A stretch of 61,111 bases of DNA from an uncultured Acidobacteriota bacterium (GTDB lineage Bacteria; Acidobacteriota; Polarisedimenticolia; Polarisedimenticolales; DASRJG01), in the NCBI GenBank assembly GCA_964628935.1, contig CAZVOE010000001.1, positions 28,769 through 89,879 of the forward strand. Reading direction: 5' to 3'. The position numbers and the translations under genes were made by a program. The notes below the pieces were generated by a model. The model was given only the letters and a program-made list of their open reading frames with translations. It ran no database searches and was not told the DNA's origin. How positions within the stretch are numbered: position 1 is the stretch's first letter; every line of letters begins with the position of its first letter. Positions 49,162 through 61,111 of this stretch are shown here, piece after piece.

Positions 49162-49593
49162 GGGCTCGAATCCTCGATCGGGCCTTCGGAAAACACCGCA
49201 TGGTAGGGACGGGTCTCCGAGGTGTCAAGAGACCCCGTCCGGTTCACTTTCGTCCTACTGCGGATTGATTCGCGCTTTCGCGTTGTGGTAGCGTCGCGCG
49301 TCGCATCCAACGTCATTCGGATTCACTCGGGTCGTGGGGGAGAACCGTCACGTGACCGCGGGAGCCTTTGCCTTCCGACGCGGGCAACGTTTTCAGGAAG
49401 TTCTTTCCTATCAGGGACTTAACATCGCTCGACCCGAGGTTGACCGTTTTGTTACGGATGCGTGGCGCCCCCTCCGCGGCAACCCCGGCCGGTGCTTCAC
49501 TTACGTCGAGCGCCCACCGTCCACAGTTGTGGAAAACTTGTGCACGCATATCCCCGCCCCCTCGCATCCATAGACACCCAGGAGGAACTTCCC
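49162..49593. other. oriC: candidate oriC / dnaA control region
   Basis: This 432-bp divergent gap between rpmH and dnaA marks the strand switch of the whole window. An inverted pair of DnaA-box-like elements, CCGTCCACA (49517-49525) and TGTGGAAAA (49528-49536), is present. A locally AT-richer stretch lies at about 49381-49460. Confidence 0.45.
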
Positions 49594-50937
49594 TTGCAAT
49601 CCCAGGACACCAAGAACACGTGGGACCGCGTGCTCGGAAAACTCGAGGAGCGGATCAACCCGCACTCGTTCCGCACCTGGTTCAAGCCGACCGTGCTCCT
49701 GGACGACTCCGGCTGCAGCCTGACGATCGGGGTGCCGAACGTGTGGTTCGCAGAGTGGATCCGCGCGAACTACCTCGGCGCGATCCGCGAGGCGCTCAAA
49801 GACGTGGGCCGTTCCGAGCTTTCGGTCGACTTCGTGACCCCCACGCGCCCGGAGGCGCTCCAGGCCCCGCTCTCGCCCGGGCGGGCCGCGCCGGAGCCGA
49901 GCAAGGCGGAGCCTCCCACCCCGCTCGCGGGACTCAATCCGCGGTACACCTTCGAGAAGTTCGTCGTTTCCTCCTGCAACCAGTTCGCCCACGCCGCCGC
50001 GATGGCGGTCACCGAGCAGCCGCATCGAGCCTACAACCCTCTCTACATCTACGGAGGAGTCGGACTCGGCAAGACGCATCTCATGCAGGCGATCGGGAAC
50101 CGAATGGCCGCGCGGCGGCCGTCGCGACTTCGGTACATCTCGACCGAGCAATTCATGAACGAGCTGATCAACGCGATCCGCTTCGAGAAAACGCTCGAGT
50201 TCAAGGAACGGTACCGGAACGTCGACGTGCTCCTGATCGACGACATCCAGTTCCTCGCCGGGAAAGAGCGTACGCAGGAGGAGTTCTTCCACACCTTCAA
50301 CGCGCTCTACGACGCGCAAAAACAGATCGTGATCACGAGCGATTGCCCCCCGCGGCAAATTCCCACCCTCGAGGAGCGTCTGCGCTCCCGGTTCGAGTGG
50401 GGCCTGATCGCGGACATCCAGCCCCCGGATCTCGAGACGAAGATCGCCATCCTGCGGAAGAAGGCGGAAGCCGAGAACGCCTCGCTCCCCGACGACGTCG
50501 CCCTTTTCATCGCTTCTCACAGCAACTCGAACATCCGCGAGCTCGAGGGGGCGCTGATTCGCGTGATCGCCTACGCTTCGATGTCCGGGCGTCCCGTGGG
50601 CCTCGACCTCGCCAAGGAGACGCTCCGCGACCTCATTCACCCGGAGCGCCCGACGGTCACGATCGAGAGCATCCAGAAGCTCGTGGCGAACTACTACAAC
50701 CTCCGGGTCGGCGAGCTGAAGTCCCGGACGAACAGCCACCACGTCTCGTTCCCTCGACAAGTCGCCATGTACCTCGCGAAGCAGATGACCGGGGCATCGT
50801 TCCCCGAGATCGGAAAACGATTCGGCGGAAAGCACCATTCGACGGTCATCCACGCCGTCCAGAAGATCGAGCAGAAGCGCGCCGCCGAGAAAGAATTCGA
50901 CAGACTCGTCGAGAGCTTCGCCCAGAATCTTCAGTAG
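49594..50937 (+). CDS. dnaA: chromosomal replication initiator DnaA
   Basis: TTG at 49594, 8 nt after AGGAGG. 447 aa with Walker [11 protein letters not shown] and IDDIQFL. The C-terminal HTH is [34 protein letters not shown]. Confidence 0.9.
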   Translation: MQSQDTKNTWDRVLGKLEERINPHSFRTWFKPTVLLDDSGCSLTIGVPNVWFAEWIRANYLGAIREALKDVGRSELSVDFVTPTRPEALQAPLSPGRAAPEPSKAEPPTPLAGLNPRYTFEKFVVSSCNQFAHAAAMAVTEQPHRAYNPLYIYGGVGLGKTHLMQAIGNRMAARRPSRLRYISTEQFMNELINAIRFEKTLEFKERYRNVDVLLIDDIQFLAGKERTQEEFFHTFNALYDAQKQIVITSDCPPRQIPTLEERLRSRFEWGLIADIQPPDLETKIAILRKKAEAENASLPDDVALFIASHSNSNIRELEGALIRVIAYASMSGRPVGLDLAKETLRDLIHPERPTVTIESIQKLVANYYNLRVGELKSRTNSHHVSFPRQVAMYLAKQMTGASFPEIGKRFGGKHHSTVIHAVQKIEQKRAAEKEFDRLVESFAQNLQ

Positions 50938-51203
50938 GATGCGGGACGTTCACCGACCCATCCGCAGCTTCCGCAGTGGAAATCGTGTGGGCGCCCCTCG
51001 CCGGTCCACGATGGGGGTTGCCCCCGCGGAACCGCGCGGAAGAAGGGGGTTCGAGATCCGCGTGCGCTCGCGGCCCGAAATGACGGACAATACGGACGTT
51101 GGGCGGCCGTCCACAGATCCGCGCCCCCTGGTGCTAGTGCAACTGGTTCCCCTCCGGATCGAACCGACTTCGGTAGCGATCCGGAGGCGTTGAAGAGGCG
51201 GTC

Positions 51204-52355
51204 ATGGAATTCACGATCCGGAAAGAAGACCTCGTCCACGAGTTGCAGACCGTGACGGGGGTCGTCGAAAAGAGAGCCACACTCCCCATCCTCGCGAATC
51301 TCCTTCTCGAGACCGGGCCGGCAGGGCTCGAAGTGGGGGCGAGCGACCTCGAGGTCACGATTCGCGGGACGGCGAGGGCCGACGTCAAGCAGTCCGGCGG
51401 GATCACGCTGCCGGCGGGGAAGCTGTATGAGATCGCGCGATCCCTTCCGGACGCCGAAGTGAAATTCAAGTCGACCGAGCGGGGCCAGGTGGTGATCACC
51501 TGCGGCCGTGTCCGGTACAGGATCGCGGGACAGCCGAGGGACGAGTTCCCGAAGCTCCCCGAGGTGGACGCGTCCCGCGGGATGAGACTCCCCGCGCTCG
51601 TGCTCCGGGAAATGGTCGAGCGGGTCTCGTTCGCGATCACGACGGAGGACCCGCGTTATTCCCTGCGGGGGGCTCTCCTCCAGTTCGAGGGAGGTGAACT
51701 CACCCTCGTCGCGACCGACGGGTACCGTCTGGCGTTCGCGCGGCGGAAGGTAGACGCGGCCAAGGCGCCGGATCTCCGCCTCGTCGTGCCGCGCAAGGCG
51801 CTGGCGGAGGTCGCCAAGCTCGCCGCCGGGGTCGAGGACGGCGGGACCGTCGTCTTCGGGCGCGGGGCAGATCACATCTATTTCGTCGTCGGGGGCCACG
51901 TCCTGACCACGACCGTGCCGGAGGGGCAGTTCCCGAAGTACGAAGAGGTCATGCCGAAGGCCTGCGGCACCGCGGTCGTTCTCCCGACGCAAGAGCTTTC
52001 CGACGCCGTGCGGCGCGTGTCCCTCCTCGCGAGCGAGCGGTTCGGGAAGGCGGTGAAGTTCACGCTTTCGAGCGGGAAGCTCGAGTTGTCGAGCGAAACG
52101 GAGATGGGCGAGGCTCAGGAGGCGATGAGCGTCGAGTACGCCGGCGACGAGAAGGTGATCGGGTTCAACGCGCGGTACCTCAGCGAGTTCCTGGCGGTCG
52201 TCGGGTCCGCGTCCGTGCGGATGGAGCTCGACCCGAGAAAGCAGGGAGAGGATGACGGCGCTCCGAGAAAGGCGGGAGACAAGCCGGGACAATTCCGCCC
52301 TGAGCCGGCGGGAGAGATCGACTACCGCTACATCGTCATGCCGCGCGACATCTGA
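51204..52355 (+). CDS. dnaN: DNA polymerase III beta sliding clamp
   Basis: 383 aa, starting MEFTIRKEDLVHELQTVTGVVEKRATLPILANLLLE. Confidence 0.95.
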   Translation: MEFTIRKEDLVHELQTVTGVVEKRATLPILANLLLETGPAGLEVGASDLEVTIRGTARADVKQSGGITLPAGKLYEIARSLPDAEVKFKSTERGQVVITCGRVRYRIAGQPRDEFPKLPEVDASRGMRLPALVLREMVERVSFAITTEDPRYSLRGALLQFEGGELTLVATDGYRLAFARRKVDAAKAPDLRLVVPRKALAEVAKLAAGVEDGGTVVFGRGADHIYFVVGGHVLTTTVPEGQFPKYEEVMPKACGTAVVLPTQELSDAVRRVSLLASERFGKAVKFTLSSGKLELSSETEMGEAQEAMSVEYAGDEKVIGFNARYLSEFLAVVGSASVRMELDPRKQGEDDGAPRKAGDKPGQFRPEPAGEIDYRYIVMPRDI

Positions 52356-52361
52356 GGCTCG

Positions 52362-58489
<6,128 letters not shown>

Positions 58490-58493
<4 letters not shown>

Positions 58494-59134
58494 AATTCTT
58501 CATCGACACCGCGAACATCGACGAGATCCGCGAGGCCTCGTCCCTCGGGATCGTGGACGGCGTCACGACGAACCCGAGCCTCGTCGCGAAGGAGGGGCGC
58601 GACTTCGGCCAGGTCCTCCGAGAGATCGTGAGCCTCGTGAACGGCCCGATCTCGGCGGAGGTCACGGCGCTCGACGCCACCGGCATGGTCAGGCAAGGAC
58701 GCGAACTCGCGGCGATTCACCCGAACGTCGTGGTCAAGATCCCTCTCACGAAGGAGGGGCTCAAGGCCTGCAAGACCCTCCGCAGCGACGACATCCCGGT
58801 CAATGTGACCCTGTGCTTTTCGGCTTCGCAGGCGCTCCTCGCCGCGAAGTGCGGGGCGAGTTACGTCAGCCCGTTCGTCGGCCGGCTCGACGACGTATCG
58901 GAAGAAGGAATGGACCTCATCCGGACGATCCGGGCGATCTACGACAACTACGGCTTCGAGACGGAGATCCTGGCCGCGTCGATCCGCCACCCACTCCACG
59001 TGGTCGATTCGGCCCTCGCCGGGGCCGACGTCGCCACGATGCCGTTCAAGGTCATGATGCAGCTCTACGAGCACCCACTCACCGACGTCGGTCTCCGGAA
59101 GTTCCTCGCCGACTGGGAAAAGCTGAAGACGTAG
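58490..59134 (+). CDS. fsa: short-type transaldolase / fructose-6-phosphate aldolase
   Basis: 214 aa, [28 protein letters not shown] (Schiff-base Lys context). The GTG start overlaps the gyrA stop (GTGA). Confidence 0.85.
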
Positions 59135-59150
59135 AGCGCTCGAGGGGGCC

Positions 59151-60701
59151 ATGTCCGACTCACCGATGAGCGAGCTGAGGCGCCGTTACGCCCTGTCCCG
59201 GCAAGGCGGAGGGGCCGAGCGGGTCGCGAAGCAGCACGAGGCGGGGAAGCTCACGGCGCGGGAACGGCTCGAGGTCTTCCTCGACCCCGGCTCCTTCGAG
59301 GAACTCGACGCCCTCGTCGTCCACCGGAACCGCGACTTCGGGACCGACAAGATCCGGATCCCGGGCGACGGCGTCGTCACGGGCCACGGCCGCGTGGACG
59401 GTCGGCCGGTCTTCGTCTTCGCGCAGGACTTCACCGTCTTCGGCGGATCGCTTTCCGAGACCTTCGCCGCGAAGGTCTGCAAGATCATGGACCTCGCGAT
59501 GAAGGCGGGGGCTCCAGTCGTCGGCCTGAACGACAGCGGCGGCGCGCGGATTCAGGAGGGAGTGGTCTCGCTCGCGGGCTACGCCGACATCTTCCTCCGG
59601 AACACGCTCGCGTCGGGTGTGATCCCGCAGCTCTCCCTGATCATGGGGCCGTGCGCGGGGGGCGCGGTCTACTCCCCGGCGATCACCGACTTCACGATCA
59701 TGGTGCGCGACACGTCGTACATGTTCATCACGGGCCCCGACGTGATTCGGACCGTGACCCACGAGGAGGTCACGAAGGAAAAGCTCGGCGGCGCCATGAC
59801 CCACAACCAGGTCTCGGGGGTCGCGCACTTCGCCGCCGCCAACGACCGGGACGCCCTCCTCCTCGCGCGAGAGATTCTCTCCTACCTCCCCTCCAACAAC
59901 ATGGAGGACCCGCCGTTCGCGCCCACCGCCGACCCCGAGGACCGGGCGGACGCGACTCTCGACTCCCTCGTCCCGCCGAACCCGAACCAGCCCTACGACA
60001 TCAAGAAGGCGATCCGGGCCGTGGTGGACGACGGGAAGTTCCTCGAGGTCCACGAGCACTACGCGAAGAACATCGTGGTCGGTTTCGCGCGCCTCGGTGG
60101 AAAGTCGGTCGGGATCGTGGCGAACCAACCGGCTGTCCTCGCCGGGTGCCTCGACATCGACGCCTCGATCAAGGGGGCGCGGTTCGTCCGCTTCTGCGAC
60201 TGCTTCAATCTTCCGCTCATCACGTTCGAGGACGTCCCGGGTTTCCTCCCCGGGACCGAGCAGGAGTTCGGGGGGATCATCCTCCACGGTGCGAAGCTCC
60301 TCTACGCCTTCGCGGAGGCGACCGTTCCGAAGATCACCGTGATCACCCGGAAGGCTTACGGCGGCGCCTACTGCGTCATGAGCTCGAAGCACATCCGGGC
60401 CGACTTCAACTACGCGTGGCCCACGGCCGAGATCGCGGTGATGGGGCCCGAGGGGGCGGTGAACATCATCCACCGGAGCGCGATCGCCGCCGCCGGAGAG
60501 AAGGCGGAAGAGGTCCGCGCCGAGAAGGTCCGGGAGTACCGGGACAAGTTCGCGAACCCCTGGGTCGCGGCCGAGCGCGGTTACGTCGACGAGGTCATCG
60601 AGCCCGCGGCGACGCGGCGGAAGCTGATCACCTCGCTTCGCGTCCTCGAGCACAAGCGCGACTCGAACCCGCCCCGCAAGCACGGAAACATCCCCCTGTG
60701 A
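59151..60701 (+). CDS. acyl-CoA (propionyl/methylmalonyl-CoA) carboxyltransferase beta subunit
   Basis: 516 aa with the carboxyl-transferase domain signatures [16 protein letters not shown] and [11 protein letters not shown]. Confidence 0.9.
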   Translation: MSDSPMSELRRRYALSRQGGGAERVAKQHEAGKLTARERLEVFLDPGSFEELDALVVHRNRDFGTDKIRIPGDGVVTGHGRVDGRPVFVFAQDFTVFGGSLSETFAAKVCKIMDLAMKAGAPVVGLNDSGGARIQEGVVSLAGYADIFLRNTLASGVIPQLSLIMGPCAGGAVYSPAITDFTIMVRDTSYMFITGPDVIRTVTHEEVTKEKLGGAMTHNQVSGVAHFAAANDRDALLLAREILSYLPSNNMEDPPFAPTADPEDRADATLDSLVPPNPNQPYDIKKAIRAVVDDGKFLEVHEHYAKNIVVGFARLGGKSVGIVANQPAVLAGCLDIDASIKGARFVRFCDCFNLPLITFEDVPGFLPGTEQEFGGIILHGAKLLYAFAEATVPKITVITRKAYGGAYCVMSSKHIRADFNYAWPTAEIAVMGPEGAVNIIHRSAIAAAGEKAEEVRAEKVREYRDKFANPWVAAERGYVDEVIEPAATRRKLITSLRVLEHKRDSNPPRKHGNIPL

Positions 60702-61111
60702 GCGGAAAGGCGCCCTTCCAAAAGGTCCTCATCGCGAACCGGGGCGAGATCGCGGTCCGGATCATCCGCGCCTGCCACGAGATCGGGATCCGCACCGTCG
60801 CCGTCTACTCGGAGGCCGACCGCGACGCCCTCCACGTTCGTTTCGCCCACGAGGCGGTCCTCCTCGGGCCTCCCCCGTCGTCGGAGTCGTACTTGAGGAT
60901 CGACCGCATCGTCGAGGCGGCGAAGAAGACCGGCGCCCAGGCGGTCCACCCCGGCTACGGCTTCCTCGCCGAGAACCCCGATCTCCCCCGCGCCTGCGAG
61001 GAGGCCGGGCTCGTCTTCATCGGCCCTCCCGCCGAGGCGATGGAGGCGATGGGGGACAAGGTGCGGGCGCGCGCGAAGATGGTCGCGGCGGGGGTCCCGG
61101 TCGTTCCCGGC
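60698..61111 (+). CDS. biotin carboxylase domain of the acetyl/propionyl-CoA carboxylase alpha subunit, 3' end outside the window
   Basis: Manual translation from GTG 60698, which overlaps the upstream TGA, gives [46 protein letters not shown]...[10 protein letters not shown]. The frame is open to the window end. Confidence 0.85.
   Translation, partial: MSGKAPFQKVLIANRGEIAVRIIRACHEIGIRTVAVYSEADRDALHVRFAHEAVLLGPPPSSESYLRIDRIVEAAKKTGAQAVHPGYGFLAENPDLPRACEEAGLVFIGPPAEAMEAMGDKVRARAKMVAAGVPVVPG

Noticed and set aside
49222-49573. Short ORFs (66-84 aa) inside the rpmH-dnaA intergenic region.
   Set aside because: They have no ribosome-binding sites, low-complexity or odd composition, and they overlap each other on both strands. 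The region is better explained as an origin/control region.

Overview
Very GC-rich bacterial chromosomal window (third codon positions almost all G/C) centred on the replication-origin neighbourhood. No homology search was run. All calls rest on motifs I recognise in the supplied translations, and most start codons are inferred from gene geometry. The core is rpmH-rnpA-yidD-yidC-jag-mnmE-mnmG-rsmG on the minus strand, diverging at about 49.2-49.6 kb from dnaA-dnaN-recF-gyrB-gyrA on the plus strand. That intergenic region is the likely oriC. parA-parB with two perfect parS palindromes lies about 11 kb from rsmG. The intervening segment looks accessory: a 1504-aa beta-helix/TSP3 exoprotein with near-perfect internal 729-bp repeats, a DtxR-FeoA fusion plus feoB, an OPT transporter and an unknown secreted protein. 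Downstream of parB are a bactofilin gene and a partial F1Fo operon (atpHAGDC, with no atpB/E/F in this window). That operon is chained by 4-nt GTGA start/stop overlaps to an orphan binding lipoprotein, a GT2, rfaE2, mfd and SurA-like chaperones. Other content: an Hfq-like gene, DUF47-PiT, a cluster of secreted proteins (matrixin, a Cys-rich protein, a DUF6259-like protein, YceI), two gene remnants, an SGNH/sulfatase-like pair, MacAB-type efflux permeases, fsa and acyl-CoA carboxylase genes. No CRISPR array, rRNA, tRNA or transposase was recognised. The most unexplained signal is a 20-bp palindrome family, CGCCGACA-N4-TGTCGGCG, present four times and bracketing parAB.
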